The notes under the pieces: generated by a model | Seen by the model: the letters and a program-made list of their open reading frames with translations, nothing else | Told to the model about the DNA's origin: nothing | Database searches by the model: none | Part shown: one piece after another, positions 1 to 12,205 of the stretch | Numbering within the stretch: the first letter of the stretch is position 1 | How the letters are laid out: every line of letters begins with the position of its first letter | Program-made: the position numbers and the translations under genes | Source: Octopus vulgaris | Lineage: Eukaryota | Assembly: GCA_951406725.2 (NCBI GenBank) | Contig: OX597818.1 | Coordinates: forward strand, 61,380,001 to 61,444,000 | Direction: 5' to 3' | Length of the DNA: 64,000 nt

Positions 1-85
1 GGGCCATCACCCTATACATATAATAATATATTAAACATGAGAGGAGAGGAAGGGAAAGGAAATCAGCAATGAACTATAAAAGACT

Positions 86-437
86 ATATATATATATACA
101 TATACACGCATATATACACACATATATACACAAACAAATACACACACATATATATACACAAACACATATATATATATACATATACACATATACATACATA
201 CACATATATACACAAACACACACATATATATATACACATATATACATACATATACATATATACATACACACACATATATACATACACGTACATACATACA
301 CACATATATACATACACATATATACATACACACAGACACATATATATGCATACACACACATATACATATATATACACACACATATACAGACACATATACA
401 TATTTATATACATGCACACATGTGCACACTCACACGT
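86..437. repeat. Compound (TA)/(CA) microsatellite
   Basis: Continuous tatataca/cacata low-complexity tract; it explains ORFs 31..557. Confidence 0.95.
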
Positions 438-1672
438 GCCAGTGAATGGACAAAAGAAAGTTACTCAATACATTTAGTTGGAGTTACATATTACTATTTA
501 AAAAAAAGTTTGATTCGGCTCCATGTGACTTTTGTAGTTCAGTTGAGAAAACTGTAGATAATGTAAATTAATAAAATATGTTAAAAATCTGCAAGTTGCT
601 TACGTAGATGAATCAGTTCTTGACAATCACTATCTCAAAGGTGTTCTTTAGAGGAAAAAAACCCAAAAAAGTATAATAATAATAATGATAATAATATACA
701 AAGGCTAACATCAGTTTTTCTCTGAAGAAAGTAACAACTAAAAGGTTCTTAGATGAGGTTTTTCTAATCAGGTAATACTAAAAGCTTCTTACTAATGTTT
801 TTACGTGGAAAAAATATTTAAAAGAAGAAGAAATTTTAAACTGATGTACAACAAAAGCAAGCAGGTAGAGTAAGGACTGATTGTACTTTTAGACAAATAC
901 ATTTAACACACACACACAGAATCAGAAGTTGGATAGGGGAAAAAAAATCACGTTGGTGCATTTACTTAATGATAAAACAAAAAAATGCAATTATATTTTA
1001 GATAGAAGACCTAAAAGTCTCAAGAATCAGTTCTAACAGAAAGAAGAAGCAAAAAAACTGTGTATTTCATTAAAATAAACTTACATATTCATTTAACAAA
1101 TGAACATAAACAGTAAAAAAAAACATTAATTGAAGAGAAATTAAATTAAATTTCAAAAATCTAATCTACAACACATAGCTGTTTTAAGTAGGATCTCCTT
1201 ACTTTAGTCAGTAGCTCAGTCGTCACACTCCTGTTATATGTTTTTGAACAGAGATGAATAATTAGATTTATCACATCTAAACAACAGGAGCCAGGGTTTC
1301 AACACATTGATTATTCTTCAATCTCACCCATTAATAAAACATCTGTCTATATATAGATAGGTGCTTTCAGCCCCATGAGTAACAGTGATGGCAGCAGTGT
1401 TATATATGGTGCAATTATAAAAGACACTTAACTTGATATATCAGCTGAAAGTGTGAGTGACTAATATTTAAATTGATCATCAACCACATAATTTAACAAT
1501 AAAAAGACTGTATGCAGTTCTTATACATGATAGAAATGACAGCCACAACTTCCATCAAATCAAAGCATCTTGAAGAAAGTAAGGATACATTGTAGAATGA
1601 CATACAAAATCAGGAGGAGATGTAGCAAGAATGCTTAGAACTAAGACAAAATAGAGGATCAATAACCACATA

Positions 1673-2065
1673 TCTCTCTATATATACAAAGCTGATGTTG
1701 TCTGTCTATGGCAGGTTTGGTAGCCTTCAACTAACACTATTTCCTCCAAGACCCTGTGGCGCAAGTTGACCAAAATTGAGAGTATGATAGAAGAAAGCTT
1801 GCTCTTCCTTCCATAGAAGAAAAAATTCAAATCGGACCATGTTAACACCAAAAATTATTTACATCAAAAAAGTGCTTTTTTTCTATGAAAATCCCTATTT
1901 TTACGATTTTTTTACTGCTGTGTCGCCATTTTTTGGTGTATTTCAACCAGAAAAATGTTCACTTAAAGAGAATAACAAGCTACATAATGCAAAATTTTTA
2001 CTTTTCAAAAATTCCAATTCTAAAGGGTCGAAACAAACCCTAGCAATGCTGGACGATACTGCTAG
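1673..2065 (+). mobile_element. Non-autonomous Helitron (subfamily 1)
   Basis: 5' A|TC start, 3' subterminal hairpin remnant (ccctagcaatgctgg) followed by CTAG|T, no TSD. The 3' end matches 11245-11276 and the 5' part matches 11938-12205. Confidence 0.75.
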
Positions 2066-2112
2066 TTTATCTATATAATTAAATACAAAAGGAAACGTAA
2101 AGCAATAATACA

Positions 2113-2325
2113 CATAAGAAGCAATGTTAAGAAAGAGGTAGGGGTACCAATAGGATACCCCTATTTCAAAAGAAAGAGAACAGGTAGTGCCCCACCCCAC
2201 CAAAAAGATCAGTATAAAATACAGGGCTCTTTCAATTTCTGTCTACAAAATCAAACCACAAGGCTTTGGTTGACCTGGGACTATAGTAGAAGACACTGGT
2301 CCATGCAGTGTGACTGAACCTGAAC
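2113..2325. repeat. Local ~210-bp duplication, copy 1 (purine-rich segment fused to a partial SINE-B head)
   Basis: aagaagcaatgttaagaaagag...gtaccaatagga...gactgaacctgaa is repeated at 4433-4638. Confidence 0.85.
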
Positions 2326-3619
2326 CCTTGAACTGGTCACCAGTTTGTCAAATAATGACAATAACATACTAATACTCAACAAATGGATAACGGAAAGTAA
2401 TGCAGAATAAAGAGCGATTTTCGCTTGGAACTCTCACATTTGTAAACAAATGCACCACTGATTCCAGGTTTTATTTGGGCCAGTAACTAATACATTGCAT
2501 AACCAAAATCAAGGTGTATATACATTTTTTTGGTGGACTGTGTCTGCCTAAACAATGTAAATACACAAGGAAGATAGACAGAGAGCTTCCACATAGTTTC
2601 CATGTGCGAAACTTTAGCCACAAAGCTTAGGTCAACCAAAGAATATGCTTTCAAAGGAAGTTTGATAGAAGGGTGTAATCAAGAACCACATACTTGCAAA
2701 CCAGATTTCTAAATTGCAGGGCCATGCCTGCACCAAATTCTGTGCATGCAGATCTCAATTCACGGCCTGTGTGGGGAGTAATGTAGTACATTATCAACTG
2801 AATGATTTTGCTGCTAAACATAAAATGATAGTCATATGGAAGGAACCACAAAAAAAAGTTACTTTCAATGTCTTTTGAGGCTCAATGAGTCCAAACTGAT
2901 AATTTTATCATAAGATAAGATTGCAAAGCTTCTGCAGCGTCATAGAAAGTAATACATTAGAAGCAGAATATTTATCTGAGAAAATGTTATGTAGACGAGT
3001 TCCCTTAAATTGACCACATTAAATTTATCAAATTCCATCATATATCTGAAACAAATTTAACATTTAAACAAATATATGGAAATATATTCTATTTGAAGGT
3101 ATATAAACATCATGGAAATATATTTTGAAGATTTGTGTTACAATATTTACATTTCTGAAATGATAAATTGATTGAAAATTCTTCAGCTTAATACATATGC
3201 CATAGAAATGGAAAGGATAAGAAAAGAGAAGAATCAATAGAATTTCACCAATCATGAAAATATATCAGGATATAACATCAGGAAACAAAGATAGATAGGA
3301 ATGTTCTGTTAAAAAATTTCCTACTTAAATGTTTTTTGTCAGTTTAATCTTAACATACATAGAATTTACAATTAGATTTTCTATGTGTGTATAAACACAC
3401 ACACACACACACACACACAGATGTATATAATAGGACAAATGCATGTGTGCATATACATGCATAAACATGTATATTTACACACACATGTAGATATATTTAA
3501 GAATATACATAAAGCATGTACATATCTATATGCAAGTACATGTAATATATACATGAAGAATATAAGTCCATATAGCTGTAAATGTGTGTGGGGGTGGGGG
3601 GGCGTGCATGTGTGATCAT

Positions 3620-4540
3620 TTCATTTAAGGTCCACTCTCCATGTTGGCAAGTGTTAGAGGTTTTGACAGAATCTGACAAGTTGGAGGAGTGAGCAATGCC
3701 CTCCAGTTTCTGTTCTGGAATGGTTTCTATGGGTTGCCACTCCTCATAACACTAGCAGGGTACATGTGTTGCTTTTTTGTGACACTAGCACGAGCGAATT
3801 TGCCAAGTATAATACAGGTTTTGGAAGGTGTTGGGGTTAAATTATAATAAAAGGAGCAGAAATAGGTTTGCTGATGCAGAGAAAATACATGGGTACATAA
3901 CATTTATATATGCAAGGGTCTGAATAGGTGGGAAGGAGCTGGAAAGAGGGATAAAGATGGTGGAGACAAAGGAACTTGGAGTGTGAACTCAGGATTCAAG
4001 GGGTTAATTAGAAGAGAAAATTAGAAGAGAAATTTGAAGGAATAGGTCAGGATGAAGGTGCAAGAGTTGAAGGGGACTGAGAGTAACTTGGGAAGAGAAG
4101 GGGTTAAGGTGAATATAGTGAATGGTGAACAATGGTGAAGGAATGATTGATAAGTATGAGTTGGTGAGAATATGTCAAGATTCAGGGATGGAAGTGGCTC
4201 AAGGCAGAGAAGGGGATGAAGGGTAATACAGAAAGGGTGAAGAATAAGAAAAAATTATAATAAAACTGTAAATAGGGGAAGAATGAGAGAGAGATGGAAA
4301 TGGTGGGTTGGTGTTGCATGAAGTGAGGGAGGGGGGTTAGAATGAGAAATGAATCACAAGCAAAGTGGAGGAGGTCAGATGTATGTTGCAGTTAAAGTAG
4401 AGAGTGACAAAGGTGGAGAGTTGGGTGATAAGAAGAAGCAATGTTAAGAAAGAGATAGAGGTACCAATAGGACATAATTCAAAAGAAAGAGAAGAGGTAG
4501 CGCCCCACCCCATTAAGAAGTTCAGTATAAAATATAGGCC
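3620..4540. mobile_element. Highly decayed SINE-A-like piece followed by purine-rich, probably LINE-derived sequence
   Basis: 3620-3810 resembles SINE-A (ccatgttggcaagtgttagagg...gtttctatgg...cctcataac). The rest is GA-rich with no motif I can read. Confidence 0.35.
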
Positions 4541-4660
4541 TCTTTCAATTTCTGTCTGCAAAACCAAATCACAAGGCTTTGGTTGACCTGGGACTATAGT
4601 AGAAGACACTGGTTCATGCAGTGGGACTGAACCTGAAACCACATGTTTGGGAAGCAAACT
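4433..4660. repeat. Local duplication, copy 2, ending in a partial SINE-B head (minus)
   Basis: Matches 2113-2325; contains cacaaggctttggttgacctgggactatagtagaagacac. Confidence 0.85.
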
Positions 4661-4910
4661 GTTTTATTTCAGTCATTTGACTGCGGCCATGCTGGAACAC
4701 TGCCTTTAGTCGAACAAATCAACCCCAGTACTTATTCTTTGTAAGCCTAGTACTTATTCTATCGGTTGTTTTTGCCAAACCGCTAAGTTACGGGGATGTA
4801 AGCACACCAGCATCGGTTGTCAAGCAATGGTGGGAAGACAAACACAAACAAACAAACAAACACACACACACACACACACTTATGCACACACACATATATA
4901 TATATATATG

Positions 4911-5103
4911 TGATTGATCACTAGCCACTAAACCCTTTTTTTATTTCTCCCCCTGTTTATTTCTGTGTTCCTTTCTGCTGAAGAGCATAGGTTTGAAATG
5001 TAAAAGATTTTCTCACTTCCTGAGCTTTAAACTAATACACCTGTTTGTTGCTTACACACCTGTCTTCATCTTTTGTTTTGTTTATTTTTTGTAAATTCCA
5101 ACT
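4911..5103 (+). mobile_element. Penelope-type pseudo-LTR fragment (family P2) with a hammerhead-like motif
   Basis: ctttCTGCTGAAGAGcataggTTTGAAATGTAaaag; homologous to 63776-63940 (minus); flanked by (TA)n. Confidence 0.55.
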
Positions 5104-5120
5104 ATATATATATATATATA

Positions 5121-5199
5121 GCAAAAACTGTCTAATGAACGGCAACGGGAAACTCAGAGTAACAGGTTTTGTTGAATTTTCTGCTGCTTTAAATAAAGT
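5121..5199 (+). mobile_element. Penelope-type pseudo-LTR fragment (family P1) with a type I hammerhead-like fold
   Basis: caaaaactgt-CTAATGA-acggcaacgg-GAAAC-tcaga-GTA-acaggttttg; same family as 55545-55911. Confidence 0.65.
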
Positions 5200-5202
5200 A
5201 TA

Positions 5203-5233
<31 letters not shown>

Positions 5234-5712
5234 GGTGGGCTTCTTTCAGTTTCTGCCTAACAAATCCACTCACAAGGCTTTGGCTGGCCTGAGGCTATAG
5301 CAGAAGACACTTGCCCAAGGTGCCATGCAGTGGGACTGAACCCGGAACCATGTGGTTGGGAAGCAAGCTTCTTACCACACAACCACGCCTATAAAAGTTT
5401 TATGTGGAGTATACCCTAAATTTTTAGCTGTTACCACATTCATAAATTTAATTTGAGAAACATAAGACAAATGCAAATTCCAGTCATCTTTATACAATTT
5501 GACCATGTACAATAGAAGAAGTGATGTTGCTTTAACTCATGATATATAGACTCATCAATAATTCATGACTGCAGTTAAAATCACTGGATGTACTAATTCC
5601 ACAGTCAACTTTAGCGTGGGAAACAAATTCTGCAGCCAAACAAATTAATGAATGTGTGTAAAAATGCATCTGTATGTATATGAATATACATGAGTATGCA
5701 TATATTTTTTAT

Positions 5713-5876
5713 GCGCAGGAGTGGCTGTGTAGTAAGTAGCTTGCTTATCAACCACATGGATCCGGGTTCAGTCCCACTGTGTAGCACCTTGGGCAAGTGT
5801 CTTCTACTATAGCCTCGGGCCGACCAAAGCCTTGTGAGTGGATTTGGTAGATGGAAACTGAAAGAAGCCCATCGTA

Positions 5877-5916
<40 letters not shown>

Positions 5917-6120
5917 TGTGTGTGTTTGTGTGTCTGTGTTTGTCCCCCTAGCATTGCTTGACAACCGATGCTGGTGTGTTTACATCCCCGTTACTTAGCG
6001 GTTCGGCAAAAGAGACTGATAGTATAAGTACTGGGCTTACAAAAGAATAAGTTGCTCGATTATAGGCGGTGCTCCAGCATGGCCGCAGTCAAATGACTGA
6101 AACAAGTAAAAGAGTAAAGA
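5713..6120 (+). mobile_element. SINE-B, near full length
   Basis: gcgcaggagtggctgtgtagtaagtagc...gggttcagtccc head, central (TA)/(TG) tract, gactgaaacaagtaaaagagtaaaga tail. Confidence 0.92.
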
Positions 6121-6466
6121 GATACATATGTGTATGAGTGTATGTGTGTGTGTATGGGCGTTTTTGTATGTAAGTATATATATCAAATAATTAATTGCAA
6201 CCACGACATCAAAGAGCTGCAGCAAACTTGACAGTAAATGTAGAACAGTGGCAATGACATCACTGAATGGCACCAGATACCATTCCATCCATTACAGAAC
6301 TATTGAAATGCACTACCTTGCCACAGGGAAATACTCAAAAGAACGAATGTGTTTGTAATCTGTCTTTGGGTGCATGTTTCTCTAAACATGTTGACAGTCT
6401 GTCAACAAGTTGTCGAAAGCTAAGTGCCTGAGTATGAAGGACATCTATTATTTCACATATTTTGGG

Positions 6467-6469
<3 letters not shown>

Positions 6470-6506
<37 letters not shown>

Positions 6507-6682
6507 GTTTAACGTCCGTTTTCTGCACTAGCACGGGTTGGATGGTTCGACCGGGGTCTGGGGAGCCAGGGGCTGCTCCAGGCTCCAGTCTGATCTGGCA
6601 GTGTTTCTACAGCTGGATGCCCTTCCTAACGCCAACCACTCCGCAAGTGTAGTGGGTGCTTTTTACGTGCCACCTGCACAGA
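6470..6682 (-). mobile_element. SINE-A (GAT-tailed retroposon)
   Basis: (CAT)n tail, then cgtttaacgtccg...ctggatgcccttcctaacgccaaccactcc...gtgcttttacgtgccacc. Confidence 0.9.
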
Positions 6683-7839
6683 ATTTAGGCCTTCTAGCTT
6701 CCAAAGAATTATCTTCCAAAAGCATTCGCAGAAGCACAAGCACTTTGTCTTGTATTAATTCTACTGGTCTTTGTAACATAGGAAGCTGGAAATAAACATT
6801 AGTGTGGGAAACAATAATTCAGTCATGTAATTCAGCCAGACAGGAGTTGCATAAAGTATTCTTGTTTGAACATATAGTTTTTCACCTCATCATATTGAAA
6901 CATCTACTTGTGTGAATATGCATACATTTAAAATGCATACACATATACATAAAATTCTACAAATACATATGCCTCTGTGTGTGTGTATAAGATCCAGTTT
7001 AGCATTCATGTATCCATCTTCGATGTTGGTATGGATTGGAAGGTCTGATAGGATCCATCAGGTCTGAAAACTGCATCGAGCTCCAATATCTGCTTTGGTA
7101 AGATTTCTATGGTTAGATGCACTTAGTGACACCAACTACTTTACCGAGTGCACATGGTGCTTTTTTTATTCCCATGGGACCAGCATTATTGAAGTCACCA
7201 TACAACTCGCTAAACTAAACAGACCATTCATATTACCCTGCAATCTGGAACATCTCATGCCAGAGATCTCCCTCACCCTAATTCTAAAGCTCCGCAATTT
7301 CAAATTCTGAAAAAAGCAGGTGGGTGTCACTGAGAATCCAGGCGTAGATATTAAGCTTTAAATCCTCCCCCACCCTTGTATAAGCTATGTTAGAATGTGT
7401 AAACAAGTGTTAAATGAACAAACAATTAATGATTAATAACATTGTATGGCATCATTTACCTTAATGAATATATGTCAAGTCCCTCAGTAAACTACAGAAT
7501 CCTGAAAAAAATTCAGATACCTTTTGTTGGCTAGCACAATTTAGTTTTACAGGTGGCAATAGTCAATTATCACATTTATAAGCATCTTATTTCCAGTCCG
7601 TATTTTTATCACCAAGTCTCACTGCTGATTGAATTAATCCCAAGTTGAATTATGTAGGATATGAAGCAAATTGTATCTACACGACACTCTTAAGAAACCA
7701 TGTCTGAGGACAATGAAGGTGTTTTTCTCCACATTCTCAAGAATGGAAATGCAAAAAAAAAACGAAGAAATTATAAAAACAAGCAAAAGTAATGACTATT
7801 ATTAAGATGTATTGAAAACTCATAACTAAAAACACAATT

Positions 7840-8070
7840 TGTGTGTGTAATGTGTGTGTGTGTGTGTGTGTGTAATGCATGTGTGTATGTTTGCGTGTGT
7901 GTGTTTGTATGTGTTTGTGTTTGGTGTGTGTGTTATTGTGTGTGTTTGTCTGTGTGTGTGTGTATGTGTTTGTGTTTGTGTCAGTGTTTGTGTGTGTATT
8001 TGTGTCAGTGTGTGTGTGTGTGTGTGTGTGTGTGCACAGGTGTACATATGCATGCATGCATATGTATGTA
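7840..8070. repeat. (TG)-rich compound microsatellite
   Basis: Degenerate tgtgtg/tgtttg tract; it drives ORFs 7737..8492 and neighbours. Confidence 0.95.
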
Positions 8071-9240
8071 TAATGGCAAATCGTATAATACATACAAATA
8101 GTCATACATAAAGCAGGACCGTACATCGTTAATGTTAATATAAAGAAGGTTATATTGAATATTTTCATAGAAAAATATAAGAACAGAATGGACAGCAAGG
8201 ACAACTCGAAAAAAAAAAAAGAAAATACAACAAATACATAAAATAAAAAATACAGGAAGATGCAAGGTGTAATGGGAAATAAATGGAAAGCAATAAAAAC
8301 AGTGTAACAAAAAGGGTAAGTGTTGAGTGTGGAAATAGATAAGAAGCGAATGCTGAGAAAAAGTCTAAGAGAAAGGGAGAGAAAATTACAAATGAAGGTA
8401 TTGTAACAAAGAGAGAGATATATATCTGATGCTTGTCTTCGTATATTTCCATATGTTGAATAGCTGAACTTAATAGTTGGCATATATTTCATTACATGCC
8501 TGTCAAGTTTTCTATTAATTCTTCAAGCAAGGTTTGCCACCTAAAATTTTTAAACAAAGTCTTTCCAGTTATGTTTTATTGGCTACCACCTAATAGATGA
8601 CATTTACTTAATTCTCATTCTTTAATACCACCTATTCAGGGCTATCTCGGCCTTTCTATTTGAAATCCAAAAGTTGATACTACACACAAAAATACACACT
8701 AATTTTTTTTTTTTTTTTTTTTTTTTGAAGTTATAAGAATTGTGAACTACTTGGTAAAAATTCCAGATTTTGGCACTTGAGATGTTTTGAAAGATTATTA
8801 GTTCATGACTCACTGAATAAGTGACATTGACCTTAAAAGGCTCCTTATATAAACAAGCAAAATCATACATGGTACAATGAGTCTCTGACTCTGACCTTCT
8901 AGAGATTTTGAACAGTGGCCAATGTTATTCCTTTCAGACCAACTTCTGTATTACACAGTACAAACATAGATGGAAACATTTCAGATGGGGTGAGGAGAGA
9001 GAATCAGATGTAAAATAGTTCAAATGCTATTCACATTTCTTTCACTCCACTGACTGAATTCACATACACCCCCCCCCAGGCCATCCCTCCCTTTGCTTTT
9101 TTTTTTTTTTAGGGACACAATGTCTCTCCCCTTCCTTAAACTCTCCAGTCTTCTTGGCTTCGTTATTAATTAAAAAATCTACTGAATTTTACCTCAATGT
9201 CATTTATATTTCTCTTCAATATAGTTTACTTTTTTTTTTT

Positions 9241-9610
9241 TTACTTGTTTCAGTCATTTGACTGCAGCCATGCTGGAGCACCGCCTTTAGTTGAGCAGAT
9301 CGACCCCGGGACTTATTCTTTGTAAGCCCAGTACTTATTCTATCGGTCTCTTTTGCCGAACCGCTAAGTGACGGGGACATAAACACACCAGCATCGGTGG
9401 TCAAGCAATGCTAGGGGGACAAACATATACACACACTTATATACATATATACGACAGGCTTCTTTCAGTTTCCGTCTACCAAATCCAATCAGAAGGCATT
9501 GGTCGGCCCGGGGCTATAGCAGAAGACACTTGCCCAAGATGCCACGCAGTGGGACTGAACTCGGAACCATGTGGTTGGTAAACAAGCTACTTACCACACA
9601 GCCACTCCTG
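9241..9610 (-). mobile_element. SINE-B
   Basis: Reverse complement of the 5713-6120 family, from ttacttgtttcagtc to cacagccactcctg. Confidence 0.92.
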
Positions 9611-10888
9611 TATGTAAAACAACTTTACTTTCTTCTGTTGCATTCAAAACATTGTTTACAATTGTTATTTCAGTAGCAATGTTGTTCTTGTTCTGATAAT
9701 TGGATTGAACTCCAAAAAGTTAACTCAACTTGTCTTCCTCTTTTGCTATGTTGTTACTTGCTGTGTAACCACAGAAACGTTCCTATTTATCTCCATCTTG
9801 TCATATTGCAAGCAGAAAGAGCAAACAAAATCCTTGGTAACCAGCGACTTTATTTTACATTTGAGACAATATGAAAAGACCGATGTAGGGTCTCATGCTT
9901 TCTTGTTTAATGGGTACCAAGAAAGTCAGGTATACGTGAATGCAACATTAGAGCAGTCCAGCATATGTACAAGGATAATGATAAGGTCATAATCTTCAAT
10001 AGCAAAGTTACTTTTGCACTGATTCAATGGAGGCAGAATAATCTCAAAGAGATTTTCTACAAAAACTGCATTACTAAATCGATTTCAATTTGTGATGTTA
10101 ACTTCAACAATCTATTACCTACAAGACTTGTTACAAGCCAATGGTTTCTATTCCCAATAATCATTACAGTCTTTCCCCCACCCCTGTCTTTATATGTACC
10201 ATTTAAGCTAATATCAATAGAAAATACCATTGAACCAGTTTACAAATTCAATGAAAGATACTCTAAGCAACCAGAAGATAAACGAAAAGTAGACAGTCTT
10301 CTACTTAAATAACTGAGAAGGATTTTGGCATCATATTTCAGCTTAGATTGAATGTTGAATTTCAGCATATAATTCAAATAAATATTTTCCATCCAACGTC
10401 TTATGTCACTAGAACTCTAAAATATAGTGTGAGAACGAAAACAACATGAGCACAAGAAAAGATAATATATCAAAAACGACATTCGAAAATAATAATCCAT
10501 GAACATTTCATGGGAAACCATAATCTTTCTTCAAAAAGATTTGTTTTTACAGAAATCGGGCAATGAAATTAAAACAATAAATAGCTATAATCTTGTAGTG
10601 AATAGCCTATTGTACATTGTACAAAAGCAAAGAAAAATAGATAACTCCAGACAAGTTAAGTTAAGTTAACAAAATCAAAATATAATTTTATGTATCAGCC
10701 AGTTATCAAGAGGTACATTTAAGAAAATCATGTGACCATTACACTAAATTCAAAGAGCGTCTGTCATGAAATAACTAAGAAATACAACTCTTTGTACATG
10801 CGTCCATAAAAAAGTTTAACCCAACACCCTGTAATTTAAAATGATGGTTATGTTTACAGAAATTATAAAACATAATACTAAAGCGTTA

Positions 10889-11276
10889 TCTTTATATATA
10901 AAAGTGAAGTTGTGTGTCTGTCTCCTACGATTTAGATTCCTAACTACTCCCACATTTTGCGGGGCAGTTTAACCAAAACCGGGTATCTTATAGTCGTGAT
11001 TCATATCGAGCCCTTCTGGGTATTAGCGTGCGTCTACGATGAGTCTACGATTTAAAAAAAATTTACCATCATTTTTTCCATTTTAATGCATTTTTTTCGC
11101 TATTATATAAGGGAAGTAACTCTCTAAAAATGTCTACGATGAGTCAACGATTTAAAAAAAAAAAATTACCATAGTTTTTTTCCCATTTTTAATGCATTTG
11201 TTTGCTATAACTCTCTAAAAATGCTTAAATAGTTATTTCCCTTACAAACCCGAGCAATGCCGGGCGATACTGCTAG
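10889..11276 (+). mobile_element. Non-autonomous Helitron (subfamily 2)
   Basis: A|TCtttatatataaaag start; cccgagcaatgccggg hairpin, then ctgCTAG|T; internal ~100-bp tandem duplication (tctacgatgagtc..cgatttaaaaaaa). Confidence 0.8.
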
Positions 11277-11397
11277 TGTTTTATAATTTTGTCTGCTTCT
11301 CATTGATAGCAATAATTAGACTGATCAGTTATAAAAGGTTATCACCGCACATCATCTTTTGCTGTCTCACATAAGACATTAAGCGTTTCTAAAATCT

Positions 11398-11618
11398 TAT
11401 TTCTTTACTGCCCCACAAGGAGCTACACACAGAGAGGACAAACAAAGGGATTAAGTCGATTACATCGATCCCAGTGCATAACTGGTACTTATTTAATCGA
11501 CCCCGTAAGGATGAAAGGCAAAATCAACCTCGGCGGAATTTGAACTCAGAATGTAACGGCAGACGAAATACCGCTAAGCATTTCACCCGAGTTAACGTTT
11601 CTGCCAGCTCCGCCGCCT
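11398..11618 (-). mobile_element. tRNA-derived SINE-C
   Basis: Reverse complement of ggcggcggagctggcagaaacgttaac...gagttcaaattccgccgagg...gcctttcatcc...gtaaagaaata. Confidence 0.9.
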
Positions 11619-11937
11619 TTTCTAAAATCTGACTAACCTCACCACTTATCTCTGCATATTGTTCTTCCTTGTGCCTACACTAGGTCTCACCTAGTATCCA
11701 TTATCCATTCTTATAATATTTCCATACCAGTCATGTTATTTCTCCTATACACAATTGATGGTGTTAATGTTGTAAAGCTGTCATGTTGACTCTCACTCTG
11801 CCTTTCATGTTGGTTAATGCTTCACATCAAATGGATCCAGCCAAGTTAATCTTTTCTGAAGATCAACATCCAATACCCAGGTTTCATTACACTTTCATAT
11901 CATATTTCATGTATATGTTGCCTACAATGTATTTCAC

Positions 11938-12205
11938 ATATATATATAAAGCTGAAGTTGTCTGTGTATGGCAGGTTTGGTAGCCTTCAACTAACACTAT
12001 CTCCTCCGAGACCCTGGGGCACAAGCTGACCAAAATTGAGAGTATGATAGAAGAAAGCTTGCTCTTCATTTTGTAGAAGAAAAAATTCAAATCAGACCAT
12101 GTTAACACCAAAAATTATTTACATCAAAAAGGTGCTTTTTGTCTATGAAAATCCCTATTTTTTACGATTTTTTGACTGCTGTGTTACCATTCTTCGTTGT
12201 ATTTA
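11938..12205 (+). mobile_element. 3'-truncated Helitron subfamily 1 copy
   Basis: Near-identical to 1680-1945 (aaagctgaagttgtctgtgtatggcaggtttggtagcc...). Confidence 0.75.

Larger units (their letters stand above)
4663..5391 (-). mobile_element. tRNA-derived SINE-B, split by insertions in its central microsatellite
   Basis: 3' half at 4663-4910 and 5' half at 5235-5391 (A box tggtaag, B box ggttcagtccc on the minus strand); two unrelated inserts lie between them. Confidence 0.9.

Noticed and set aside
31-557. Cys/Val/Tyr/His-rich ORFs (also at 7737-8492, 15652-16230 and 52543-52892)
   Set aside because: They are translations of TA/CA microsatellites.
6379-6397. tgttgacag-t-ctgtcaaca palindrome as a regulatory site
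   Set aside because: It is short and isolated, and no function can be supported.
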